From assembly GCA_951406725.2 (NCBI GenBank), contig OX597820.1:51150001-51214000 (forward strand): DNA of 64,000 nt. The letters are read 5' to 3'. A model generated the notes under the pieces. That model saw only the letters and a list, made by a program, of their open reading frames with translations. It was not told the DNA's origin and did not search any database. This stretch comes from Octopus vulgaris. Its lineage: Eukaryota. The translations under genes and the position numbers were made by a program. Shown here in pieces: positions 41,153 to 53,864 of the stretch (its first letter is position 1; each line of letters begins with the position of its first letter).

Positions 41153-42132
41153 TAAGGCGTCAAAATCGGGGCACTTTTCTCAATGCCAATTTAGTGGAAT
41201 TACATCCAAGATACATAATTTTTATAACAAAACAGTCCTGTACATTCTAAATATTCCACAGTACATAATACCCTTAAATACAAAGATGATACCAGAAAGT
41301 TTGTATAAGCAGTTGCAGGATACATTTAATTGTTTCTACGGGGTCACACAAAGTACAAGCAATAGCTACTGTCATTATTTTAAAAACACTTCTTAAAAAT
41401 TACCTTAAAGGATTTTCTGTACAAATTATTGCCAGCGCTGATTATATTCGACGTTTCGTATCTGAGACGTCAGGTGTAAACAAGAGTGAGATCGAATATG
41501 AAAAATGAGTAATAGGTGGATGTGCCATTTTTCAATATTTCTCTGTTATCAGCACCCATAAAACCCGTTAACGTCCACGAACATCTTGTTTAAATAGACA
41601 TTAAATATCAACAAATAAACGCCTTGTTTAAATAGCCATTAAATATAGCTATATCAATTTTACAAAACATCTACATTCCTATCAATTGGTAGGATTGTGT
41701 GTGTACATATTAATTACTGGTAGGGACACTGTATTTCGTAATGCAATCATAATATGTTACAAAGTATATTAAACGATGTTATAAGTCAATACTGAGTATT
41801 GCTGTGTTAGCAGTGCTATTGCATTACTAGCTGAGGTTATAACTTCAAATATTTAAAGAAATTATAGCCAGCACTAGCCTTGGCACTATACGGTTCTGAG
41901 TAAGCTTAATGTTAAAAACAATGAGATCGAAAATGAAAAATGCTGGCTACAGTTTCTAATGAAAATATGTAGGTATAACTAACGAAGTTATGTAATAGCT
42001 CTTGTAATACAGTAGAAGATATTGTTGGTTAATAAATGCGTTTCATTTACTTTGTAGTATATCATGTTTGCATAACAAAATACGTTCTCACTAAAGGTAA
42101 TTAATATTTTTAAATAGTTTTAAGAAATAAAT

Positions 42133-42534
42133 GCAGGAGTGGCAGTGTGGTAAGTAGCTTGGTTCCGGGTTCAGAGCCACTGCGTGGCACCCTGAGCAAA
42201 TGTCTTCTACTATAGCCTCGAGCCGACTAAATCCTTGTGATTGGACTTGATAAAGGGAAACTGAAAGAAGCCCGTCGTATATATATGTGTGTGTGTGTAT
42301 GCTTGTGTGCCCGTCGTATATATATATTATATATGTGTAGGTATATGTTTGTGCGTATGTGTTTGTCCAATGCTGGTTTACGCCCCCGTCACTTAGCGGT
42401 TCGGCAAAAGAGACCTATAAAATAAGTAGTAGGCTTACAAAGAATAAGTCCATAGGTCTATTTGCTCGACTAAAGGCGATGCTCCAGCATGGCCGCAGTC
42501 AAATGACTGAAACAAGTAAAATAATAAAAGAATA
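42133..42534 (+). mobile_element. SINE family S2 with a head deletion and an internal duplication
   Basis: Homologous to 27052-27525. GCCCGTCGTATATATA occurs twice (42270, 42309). Confidence 0.85.
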
Positions 42535-42623
42535 ATGATAGGTGCCTTCGGACAAAATCGCAATGCATAGATAGGTGCATATATACTCATATATATACAT
42601 ATTTATATGAACATATACATATT

Positions 42624-42841
42624 TATGAGGGGTGCTGACAATTTCCTGATTTTAAAGGCGTCGCGAAAAGCCTGGCGGGAAACCAAACCTTCCGACTTCT
42701 TTTATAGAGCTTAGAAAAAATAAAGCATCGCTGCAATAAGTGTGTAAATCTGATGAGGGATATGTTGGATAAAACCATAATTAACTGATACTCGTGCATT
42801 TTCTTTTACCAAAAGCCAGGAACTTTCCAGCATAACTCGTA
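42624..42841 (+). mobile_element. Mariner-derived MITE
   Basis: Imperfect TIRs TATGAGGGGTGCTGACAATTTCCTGATTTT / AAAAGCCAGGAACTTTCCAGCATAACTCGTA with TA ends. The interior encodes LEKIKHRCNKCVNL, like the mariner C-terminal L..RW.KC motif. Confidence 0.75.
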
Positions 42842-43584
42842 TGTGTGTGTGCATGCGTGTGTGCGTGTGCATGCGTGTGTGTGTATGTGTTTGTGTATGC
42901 GTATGTTTGTGTGTGAATGTGTTTGTACGAGTATTAACTGAACTATAATCTGTCAATAAGCAACGCCGACTCCTCACAATGTGGGGTAGGAATAAATCTA
43001 GGAGAAACTTGCGTCGCAAGTATCTCGTTTCACAGAATATTAAGTGAAGGAAAGATTTTTGCTCCTTCGTATATTGATGTAATAAATGCTTTGTAGCTGA
43101 CATTGAACCTAGGAAAATTTGCAGGGCAATAATTGAACAAAGACAAACGGAAGCACAAAGCTCCTTACCATAGATATGGGAGAGAAATATTAAGGAAAAA
43201 TCAAAGTGAGCTTTGAAATACTCGACTAATGTTGAGGAAAAATAATTTTATGAAAACCATTTCAGGACTAGTTACATGGTTACAGGGTATTTGCTTCTTA
43301 TCAGTGTAGAGCAGCCGAACCGAGCAGGCGTCATATATATATATAAATTATTTAAATAATTTTTTATTTTTAACTTTTATATTTTAAAATTAATTTTATG
43401 TATTGGCTTATGTTTTTCACTGTTTGATTTGCCTAATTGTGGTTTTATCTCTAATATAATATAATATAATATAATATAATATTATATATATATATGCATT
43501 TATGTATGTATGTATGTATGTATGTATGTATGTATGTATGTATGTATGTATGTATATATATATGTATGTATGTATATATATATG

Positions 43585-43615
<31 letters not shown>

Positions 43616-44244
43616 GCCTTTTATGCAATTGTATATATACATGCGTTTAGATATAGTGGCATATGCGAATATACGTTTTGATGTGGAATACAGTTTTATT
43701 AGTAATTAATGAGATATGGATGTGCGTTATGCGCCCCAGTGTCTTTTGCTTAAGGCAAAACTTTGTGTGAATTTAATATTCAATTTTAGATAATATTTTA
43801 TCGCTTTGGAAATGAGAATTCCTATTTGGTTACTATTCATTTAATTGACATCTTCAAAACATCTTCATAAACAAAACAGAAACTTGAAAATTTAGATGTC
43901 TGAGTAGATATGAGAGAAACACAATATTTCAACCGTCTAATTGGTAGTATACGTGAGCGATGTCTCGCAATATCAAAGGCATAGACATGTTAAGTTGATT
44001 AAAATTAATATGCAAATGATCAATGTATGTTTTACGATTAACTAATGTAATTTCAAACTGACACAAGCGCTTCGGCAGAAACACTCACTCATATTCAATT
44101 CACAGCCATCACCGCTCTCACATTTACAAATATATATATACACATTGATAAATTAAAAAAAAAACACATTCATTATTCTTATAAACTGCATTTCTTTTAC
44201 GAAAAAACTAGACGCTAGTATACTGCTAGTATATATATATATAT

Positions 44245-44745
44245 ACTAGCAGTATCGCCCGGCGTTGCTCAGGTTTGTAAGGGAAATAACTATATAAGCA
44301 TTTTTAGAGAGTTACTTCCTTTATAGATGCCAATTCGGGCTTTCTTAGCCATTTCTGTTTTGGTGTCTTCAAGCCATGAAGTCGTTGTTCTAAAAGAACG
44401 CTGGTCTCCTTGACAACGCATTACGACGCTGATTTCCTTAAACTCCCTTCCCCACAGCTTCACGAGGGAGGGAAGAAGGGGAGAAGCAAACGCAGGTGCA
44501 GGTGTTTGAGCGTGGACGCCAACTCCGCCGCCATCGACACACGAAAAATTATGCATTAAAATGGAATAAAAAATGATGTTAAATTATTTTTAAAATCGTA
44601 GACTCATCGTAGACGCGCGCTAATAGCCAGACGGGCTCGATATTAATCACGACTATAAGATACCCGAATTTGGTTAAACTCCACCGCAAAATGTGGGAGG
44701 AGTTAGGAATCTAAATCGAAGGGGACAGACACTCACACAACTACA

Positions 44746-44750
<5 letters not shown>
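44245..44750 (-). mobile_element. Non-autonomous Helitron-like element
   Basis: Minus-strand 3' end is a hairpin (CCTGAGCAACGCCGGG) plus CGATACTG-CTAG|T. The other end has GACAGACAC...TTTT(AT)n. No TIR or TSD. Confidence 0.65.
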
Positions 44751-44792
<42 letters not shown>

Positions 44793-44796
<4 letters not shown>

Positions 44797-45043
44797 GAAA
44801 TAATGGAGTTGAACGACGAATTAACAAAATTCCTTTATTTTCGACATATGTTTCGAAGGCTGCATATTCCTAATTTCGAAGGAATAAGGGGTGCATTATG
44901 CCGCCTTCTCATCAGGAAAAAACAAGGAACTTATGTCAGCATCAAGATGCACAAAAACTTTTAGATGACTGCCCACACGGATTGCTACCCAGGTATCGGT
45001 TAACCGAATTATCCATAATAAGATAATTCATTCAACTACTCAA

Positions 45044-45049
<6 letters not shown>
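44793..45049 (-). mobile_element. ~255 bp hammerhead-bearing element (HHR family D), copy 1, within (TA)n
   Basis: Bounded by (TA)n on both sides, homologous to 53064-53315 over its length, and contains a complete HHR. Confidence 0.8.
44830..44929 (-). ncRNA. Type I hammerhead ribozyme, apparently intact
   Basis: Minus-strand RNA: UUCCUU-GUU-UUUUC-CUGAUGA-GAAGGCGGCA-UAAUGCACCCCU-UAUUCC-UUCGAAAUUA-GGAAUA-UGCAGCCUUC-GAAA-CAUAUG-UC^GAAAA-UA-AAGGAA. Canonical core; stem I is 5+6 bp, stem II 9 of 10 bp, and stem III is the palindrome ACAUAUGU. Predicted cleavage between 44843 and 44842. Confidence 0.85.
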
Positions 45050-45083
<34 letters not shown>

Positions 45084-45085
<2 letters not shown>

Positions 45086-45383
45086 GCAAACGGAACGCCA
45101 CTTCGCAAACCGGTTCGCGGAACACCTTCGAGACATCCGACTCGGCATTGGCACCCCTTCTTCCTAGCTCTCCTGTGTGACCCCTACGTCCGGCATTCGT
45201 CATGATAGATCGCTCTCCACTACATATTCTTTATTTTCTCTCGTTTCTTTCTGTGTTCCTTTCTGTGGAAGAGCATACGCTCAAAACGTTAAGGACTTCA
45301 CTTCCCGACCGTTAAACTAATACATCTCTTTGTTGTCTACACTACCTGTCTTCGTCTTTTGTTTTTTGTGAATTCTCCCTATA
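45084..45383 (+). mobile_element. Penelope-like 3' remnant: GIY-YIG fragment plus family C terminus
   Basis: Translates GQTERHFANRFAEHLRDIR (YIGxTxRxLxxRFxEH of the PLE GIY-YIG), then joins the family C end with an HHR-like motif at 45257-45295. Confidence 0.8.
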
Positions 45384-45817
45384 TACATATATATATATAC
45401 ATATACATACATAACACATACATACATGTTTGTGTGTGCTTGTGCGTGTTCGTGTGTAGGTATGTGTGTGTTTATGCATATAAATAACGTAGTAGGGAAC
45501 ATATTTATAGATTTGTAATGAAAACTATGTGTTTAGGAAAATATAATCAATTCATCTGTAAAATAAGGGAATCAACTACAAACCAATAATGCTTCTATTT
45601 GGTGAGTGTGTCACCTGATGTTTACGAATTTTATCAATATGCTAACACAACGTGTAGACAGCCTTTAAATTTAGTGGATATTGTGAATTGGGAAGTTCAA
45701 TATGCATATCTAATTAATACATTCTTGGTAGGGTTATGGCTTCTTAATTTCGCTCGTAGTTTCAAGAGGAATCAATTTGTTACTATAATGACTATAATAT
45801 CTATTCAGCTTTAACAG

Positions 45818-45848
<31 letters not shown>

Positions 45849-45869
45849 CGTGTATGTCTCTGTGTGTGC

Positions 45870-46148
45870 AGATATTACGGTATCGGTCTCGCGTTCGCCG
45901 GATCGCTGTCTCAGCTTTTATACCAGCAAATGTGTTGTGATCTTGAACTCTTCATCTCAAGTTGCTCTACGATCACTTCGACACCTGACGAGTGGTACAC
46001 TGTGCGCCTGTTCAGACAACGTCGATTTGATGGAAAGAGGGAGCTAATGTACAGATCATGAGACCTAATGTACGTTTGATCACTATAAATAAATCATTTA
46101 GTAGGTATCGTTCGGCAAAAGCTGAAAACTCGTACGTTGTATTCGATA
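45870..46148. mobile_element. Unclassified CpG-containing interspersed repeat
   Basis: Block richer in GC and CpG than the background, lying between (TA)n and an S2 SINE. It resembles a repeat I recall from octopus DNA. Confidence 0.35.
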
Positions 46149-46503
46149 GCGTGGCTGTGTGGTAGGAAGCTTGCTTCTTAGCCACATGGTTTTGGGTTCA
46201 GTACCACTTCGTGGCACCTTCGTCGTGTCTTATCTACTATACCCTCGGGCCACCACATCATTGTTAGTGGGTTTGGTAGACGGAAACTGAAAGTTGCTTG
46301 TAGTGTATATACGTGTGTGTGCGCGTGTGTATGTGTTTGTCCTTGTCACCCCGCACTCATCTCAGAACCGACGATGTACTTATGCGGCTGTTAGTTAGCG
46401 GTCCGGCCAAAGAGACCGATGGAATAAGTACTAGATTTAGAAAGAATAAGTCATGGGATCAACTCAAAATCCTTTATGATGGGTGGTGCCCCAGCTTGAC
46501 TGC
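46149..46503 (+). mobile_element. SINE family S2, diverged
   Basis: GTGGCTGTGTGGTAGG...GGTTCAGTACC head and GGCCAAAGAGACCGATGGAATAAGTACTAG body. Confidence 0.8.
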
Positions 46504-46510
46504 ACTCATA

Positions 46511-46570
<60 letters not shown>

Positions 46571-46829
46571 CATGCACACCCACACATATATATGTATATA
46601 TGTATTATGTATGTATGTGTGTGTGCAGGCGTGCGCGTGAGTAACTTTAATAATAAGAAGAAGATTGGAGGTTTGCACATCCATAGTTACTTTTACAGTT
46701 TTTTTTACTGAATATTACCATGAATTACATGTGTCTTCCCTGCGACGACTGTACATTATTGCATGTGCAAACTTGCAATATTGTCAGTGCATTTTCATCA
46801 GTGTCTGTAACTTAGGTCTAATTCAAATT

Positions 46830-47176
46830 AAGCTGGATTAGTTAGAGCGTCATACTCACAATCATGAGGTAGTGAGTTTGATTCCCGGACAAGGAAGTTT
46901 GTTATGTTCTTCAGGAAGACATTTTAATTCATGTTGCTTCAGTACGCTCTGCTGTAGAAATGCGTTGCCACGTCATTGGGGCAAAACTGTATCGGCGTTT
47001 GCCTCCCCCTTGGATAACACTGGTGATGTGGATAGGGAACGCTTGTAAGCATGGTCGACTGCTAGTCTTCCATAAAAGACCATGCTCGGACTTGCGCCTT
47101 GTGTGTGTGTGGGGGATTGTGTATCTGTAGCCTCCAAAGTCGTTCATGAATGAAGAGCGTTTTTATCCTTATCCTT
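46830..47176 (+). mobile_element. tRNA-derived SINE (S1-like head, different body)
   Basis: TAGTTAGAGCG...CACAATCATGAGGTAGTGAGTTTGATTCCCGGAC head like 25796, ending in a (TATCCT)n-type tail. Confidence 0.6.
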
Positions 47177-47229
47177 CTCACGAGATTTAAAAATTTTATC
47201 CATTATATCTGACCCGGCATTTGAAATCT

Positions 47230-48466
47230 ACTGCTTAAGCAATTTCTCGACATTCTACTGAAATACTTTTGAAATAAATCAAAAGCTTTGCTGGAGATGA
47301 TCTAGATATTCAAAACAAGCACCGAAAACAATTAATGAAGATATCGGCTTCCTTCGAGTCTGTGAACCTAAACACTAATATCCCAACTAAGGAACAGAGA
47401 CAAACAAATTCTGTCTGGAAAACTATCCAGAAAAATTCCCAGAGCGCATGAACCAGGAAGCCTTGAAATGTGTCTTTCACAAAAACTACTTCTTATTTTA
47501 TAGCACTTTCTATAGACAAAAATGCGAAAAAAACTTTGGTGACAAAAGCAGCCCCAGCTTATGTGTACCTACTAATGGTATAGTGAGAATCAGTTATGTC
47601 AAGTATCATAACAAAACATAGATATTCAGTTTAGCAATATATGAGATAGAACTGGATATGCTATCTGGATCACTGCTTTATTATTTGGAATAAGAAAATT
47701 GATAAACGTTTTGAATTTATATCACTGTTCAATAATATAAATCCAAATATTTTGTTTACAATAGCATATAGCAAAGAGCCACCCCCATTCCCTAATATTT
47801 TGATAAAACAAAGTTGTACAACTCAATTGAAATCAATATCTATAATAAACTCTCAGACGCAAAGGAATAACTTCAGGTTAACTCATTCCATCCGAAACAC
47901 AATGCAATGTATCCGTACAAAGGATACAAATACACATGACCTTCACCTTCATGAAATAAAAAACACATTAGTCGTGAGATATAAATGAAGGGATCAAACG
48001 TGCAACGGAAATAGATATCGAAACACTAAGTGAAAGAAAACAAAATTTCACACTCCATATAAACATACAATGATGCATATAAAAATATTATTCAAATTTT
48101 ACCTATTCTCACTATGGATCCTAAAATCAACCACATTCTACGAACACACAAATACATCAAAAGGAAAAACAACCTAACACTAAAATATGTGAAATTATAC
48201 CCAACAAGGAATCTAAAAAGTAAAGGATGTGGTCGCCCAAATTGTGGAACGTAGAGCAACTTACACGAAGGTTTAGAATTCTAATTTTAAACAGGGACAA
48301 AGATTCATAATTACGGCTGCTTTCACCTGTGCCATCGAAAATCCAATTTATGCGATGTTTTGTTCAAGATGAGGATACACATTGGATGTTCTTAGACGGA
48401 GACGAAGACTGCATTGGGAACAAATCCGTTTTCTAAGATATCGACAAATTCTGTTAAGCGAACACA
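47230..48466 (+). mobile_element. Decayed Penelope-like retroelement (RT plus GIY-YIG)
   Basis: Ordered motif traces: TNIP, NYF.F, TKAAPAY, WICYLDHCFIIW (YxDD region), FTIAYSKEPPPFPNILI (LPFLD-like), IY.K..D..F.HP.H, GRPNCGT, FTCA..N.IY..FC and [14 protein letters not shown]. Truncated by (GA)n. Confidence 0.75.
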
Positions 48467-48468
48467 GG

Positions 48469-48471
<3 letters not shown>

Positions 48472-48558
<87 letters not shown>
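48472..48558. repeat. (GA)n microsatellite
   Basis: Directly visible. Confidence 0.97.
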
Positions 48559-48565
<7 letters not shown>

Positions 48566-49303
48566 AGATGAATGGAAAATCAGCAGCTTCCCCATTTACC
48601 TATGCAAGGAAACAGTTTCTATTCAACAAACGTTAAATAAACAGAAAATACTTATTGAAAAATAAAATCAACGCCTGGATATGAACACAAAATAAATTAT
48701 GAATTTTTAGTGTGTACGTGTGTATGTGTGGGTGTGTATTTACAGAGATGTGTAGAAACACATATACCTATATGTTTGAATAGAGATAGGCATATTTATA
48801 TACATATATATGTATTGACGTTACTGTGTGTGCGTGCCTTCGTGTACGTCCGTGTGTATGCGTGTGCGAGTGTCTGTGTCATTGTGTGTGCGTATGTATG
48901 TTTATGTGTGTGAGTTTGTGCATGTATCTGTGTATGACTGTCTTTGTGTCTATATATGTGTTAGTGTCTGCTAGCATGCGAGCGATTTTATGCATATAGC
49001 ATAGCTAAATCTACTACCATGAAATCCTGTCATACTTTCGTAAATGAACTGTCTGCAAATATTTCCAAATAGATTTGAGATTTTTACTTGAATCCCACAA
49101 GAAAACAGTAAAATATAGACATTCATAATTGAAAATTATTAACATATACATATCCAAATACAGAAATTTCGGGTCAAACGCTTATTTGTTCGCTTCGTAT
49201 AGCTGTATATGCATTATAATATCGTGCTTGGATGCCCAGAGATACGTGTTGCAAAAATCGATGATATCCCTTGTATTATGGAGAAACATGTCGAAATTGA
49301 ATC

Positions 49304-49353
<50 letters not shown>

Positions 49354-49582
49354 ATATATATATATATTTATTAAAATTATGTATACATGAATGTCGAATA
49401 TAGCTTGTTTTTAAAAGTATACACACACGCATATGTGCATATGTACATAAAACAGAATAAGACAGATTTGCTTAGCTATGGAATTCATTTCTGCTTTCAG
49501 TCTTTCAGTTTGCTTCATATGTATACATGTGTGCATGTATGTATATAACTATGTATGGATATGTATATATGTGTGTGAGTGC

Positions 49583-49620
<38 letters not shown>

Positions 49621-50440
49621 GCACACTAACATACAAACAGAAACAAGCACACACGGTCGTGAATATATTTATATATATATATATTTATACTTAGAGCAGG
49701 TATAAATACATACATATGTAGTACTGATATATTTGTGTGTTTGTGTGTGTGAGTTTATGTGTGCATGTGTCTGTGACTTTCTGCACGTATATGTTTTCGG
49801 GTGTCTATACATTCTTTTACTGAGTGTATATGTTTATGTGTCTGATGCTTAAACCCTGACACTAGGTTATATATATAACAATATTTGCGTCACGGCTGTC
49901 GAGTTTCCGGATAATATATTTTACGTTATCATTACATCTACATAGAAAAAACGATCTGAACGTCCAGCTTTCAGTGCTACCCTCCATATAGCCATGCGTA
50001 TATATGTTTTAAATGTATATAGGTCGTAACTTTTTTATTATTTTATTTTACATTCTACTTGACCAATATATAAGAAAGTTCGAGCGTAAACCTATTTCAG
50101 TTTTAAAAGTTCAGCATTAGTTTTGAACTTCTGTTATTTTTTCCCTACTAAGACCATAAATTTTCATTTTTCGAGAAATCTTTTACGATCTTTGTACAAT
50201 GAAGTTTTAAGATTGGTTTTCTATGTTGAGCTGTTTTCCTGTACATTAATACGGCATATTCTTTTGTATTATCGTTGCTTTATTCATTGCATTGTGACCC
50301 TGCTGGAGTAACACCTTGAATTGTTTCCTTTAGCAAATCGACTCCCATCAAATCTTTTACCAAACGGTAGGGGATGTAGAGAAGCCAACTCCTTTTGTCG
50401 AAATTGCTGTTTCACAGAAACACCAAGATACACACACACA

Positions 50441-50495
<55 letters not shown>

Positions 50496-50929
50496 ACAAG
50501 CATATATATGACAGTTTCCGCAATTTTTTCTGATTCTCGCAAATTGGTTTATGGCTTACCTAACAAGACAGGTGCTCAAAATAACGCGCACTCGGTGCGA
50601 ATACGAAATTCTATGGCTGACAGCGATCAGTCGCTGATTTATGAATATATGTTTCATCTCTAGAATAATGAAACGGTAATTGATTTCCTACGTTTGAAAT
50701 CAAAAATGAAAGGTCCTATATAATTACGCAAATAAATTGGTCAACTTCTGTAAGGATATTGTTCACCCCTCCAGTCATAAATATTTGTATCATAGACATG
50801 TGTTTGTGGGAGAAGAACCTTTCGATTATTTGGACAATTACATGTTACATCAGTTTATCGCAAAAAGGGGGCAAGCTTATAGAATTATTAACGATTCGAA
50901 CAAAATGCATCGCAGCAGTTCTTCCGGCT

Positions 50930-51085
50930 TTATATTTTGAGTTCAAATTCGACCTCCTTGGCGGAATTTGAACTCTAAACTTTGCGGTTCATTCTTTCGG
51001 GGTTGATGAACAATTGGGCACATATCATCGATGTTATGAAAAAAACCCCTCTGTTCAAAATTTCATTGTGCTAATAATAGACAAA
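50930..51085 (+). mobile_element. Degenerate SINE S3 fragment
   Basis: GAGTTCAAATTC...ACTTTGCGGTTCATTCTTTCGGGGTTGATGAA core. Confidence 0.5.
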
Positions 51086-51357
51086 AAAAAAAACGTGACT
51101 TCGAAAGAAGTAACAATCAATAGCAGGTTGACCTGTGCTGGAATTGAAAGCAGACCGATAGAAGGGCAAAGTATTTTGTTTAAAGCTGTATGGATTTTAT
51201 CTATCTACCGTCCCATGAATAATATAGTCTTGATAATATAAGAAGGAAACAGTTTCAGCACTCATTATCCTATTTTACTCCATGTAATGAATACAATATA
51301 TGCGTATGCGTACATGCGAATTATATTTTGGATCATCCATTTCCTCGTCATCTGTAT

Positions 51358-52095
51358 ATCTATAAAAGGCAGGCAGGATATGTGTGTATGTGTATACGTG
51401 AATGTAATTTATGCACATCCACAAATTAGCACGCATGTCGGTCCAATTTTAGGAAGACATTCGTCACGACCCTAGCTGGGTTTGTGAAGTTATTTTTCCC
51501 GAGGCACCCGGGAATAGCGGTAGAAATCAGTTTTCTACCATAACTTTTACAAATTTTGAAGTTTACTAACATGAGTTAAGCCCCTTTCCTGCCATGGCAA
51601 AGTGGAAGTGCGTGTGTGAGAGAGAGAGATGGGGGAGAGAAAAGTTGTCTGTTAATGTAGTGTGTGTGAGGGAGAGAGAGAGGGAGTTTTACAGGGTCTA
51701 GCAAAATAAAAGGTAAAGAGAAAGTGTGTGTGAAGGAGAGGCAATAGGTGATAGTGTTCATGAAATATGTTTTTTTTGAAACAAGTGATAACGTCTTCAA
51801 ATTTAGGATGTTTTTAAAATACACAGTATTTTATAATCAGCTTATATATATTTTCTCAAACAATTAAAATATATTTATTTTAAATCACTTATTTATCTAT
51901 TATAAATTATTCATATTTCTTCCCCTTCACACACACACATTACTTTGGGCGCGAAAGAGTTGTGTTTTTATATTACGCCGACAAAAAAAGTGTTTCGTTG
52001 TGAATCCATTTAACAACAAAGAAACATAGAGTAGAGATAGGTGACACTTTGTCAGTGAATTACACAATATGTCACATCTACTATCTATCTATCTA

Positions 52096-52149
<54 letters not shown>

Positions 52150-52945
52150 AGACAAGATGCATGTGTGTGTGTGTGTAAACGTGAATATAATTTATGCACG
52201 TCCACAAATTAGCACGCATGTCGTTTCAATTTTAGGAGGACATTGATCACGACCATGGGTGTGATTTGTCAACTAATTTTTTCTAATTTCCACAACGGTG
52301 AAATCCGTAAGATTATTAACATGAGTTAAGTCCCCTGTCTAGCAATGACGCAAAATGGGTACAATTTTTAGATTAACACCCATACGATTTTCACTAAGAA
52401 AAGAAAGCCTCGGATCTATTGCGTGGAACCAAGTATCCTGACCTCCTAATATGCTGGAAATCTCATATTTTGGTTCGGAAAAAAGCAGCGTAGGACGAGG
52501 TAGGGGACCCCACCCCCATGCAGGATCATTGGACATTTTTGTTTTTCGTTGAATGAATTCCTGTCAACTCTCATACTATGCTACAAAACCCTTTTGGGGG
52601 TCCGGAAAACGGGATGGGGTGAGGTGGAAGTCTTCGAAATTTTGTCCCACAACTCAAATGACCATTTCACCCGTACGATTTTCACTAAGGAAAAAACTAA
52701 AAATCACATTTTTTTTTTTTGCTTGGAATCCAGTACCCTAATCTGCTGCAAATACCTTCATTTCGTTCGGAAGAAGGGGGTGGGATGATTGGGACTCCCC
52801 TTCCCGGAACCATTCGGAATTTTTTTATCGTACAATGAATAAATGTGACCTCCTAATATGTTACAAACCTCTTGATGGGGATGGGTGAAAAACGGGGTGG
52901 ATGAGGTGGAAGCCTCAGAAATTTTACCTACTCCCAAAATGTTAC
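51358..52945 (+). mobile_element. Two tandem Helitron-like 5' ends with internal ~290 bp tandem repeats
   Basis: 51380-51600 and 52160-52355 are direct repeats (CGTGAAT.TAATTTATGCAC.TCCACAAATTAGCACGCATGTCG...AACATGAGTTAAG). 52373-52660 and 52667-52945 are tandem copies. The repeats are directly visible; the Helitron call is inferred. Confidence 0.55.
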
Positions 52946-53063
52946 AGGCATAAATATTCCTGATGTGTGAATTGCATGGTTCATTATTAAATATATATAA
53001 TGTACATATATATGTATATATGTATATGTGTATATGTGTGTAAATATATATATATATATATAT

Positions 53064-53497
<434 letters not shown>

Positions 53498-53864
53498 ATA
53501 TATAGATACATATATAATACCGTGCAAACCTTCGATGCAGATCACCGATTTAGCTTTCTCCAATGCATATCGTCGACTAGATCGGGATTAGTCGCTGCCT
53601 TTTAGAGGCTCCCGGGCCCGCTTTCGCTAGGTTAGCTTAGTATTAGGGTAAGGCTTTGTTGTGATCTGAACATAACCTCCTCTGTCAGAGAGGGTCGGGA
53701 GTCCTTTGGGGCATTCTATTTCCCTTGCCGTAAGGGCTCCCAGCTGATGGAGGTAGTGGTTTCGGAATGGCTGGCATGTGCAACCTGCTCACCTCTGCCA
53801 GTCAAACTCCCAACCCATGCGTTCCCGTCACGACACTGATTCTGCAGAATTGTGTTGGGTGTGA

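Noticed and set aside
45983-46030. CTGACGA as another hammerhead core
   Set aside because: No correctly placed stem II plus GAAA and NUH downstream.
52373-52945. CRISPR-like or prokaryotic repeat array
   Set aside because: Eukaryotic context, long diverged units, no repeat-spacer regularity and no cas genes.
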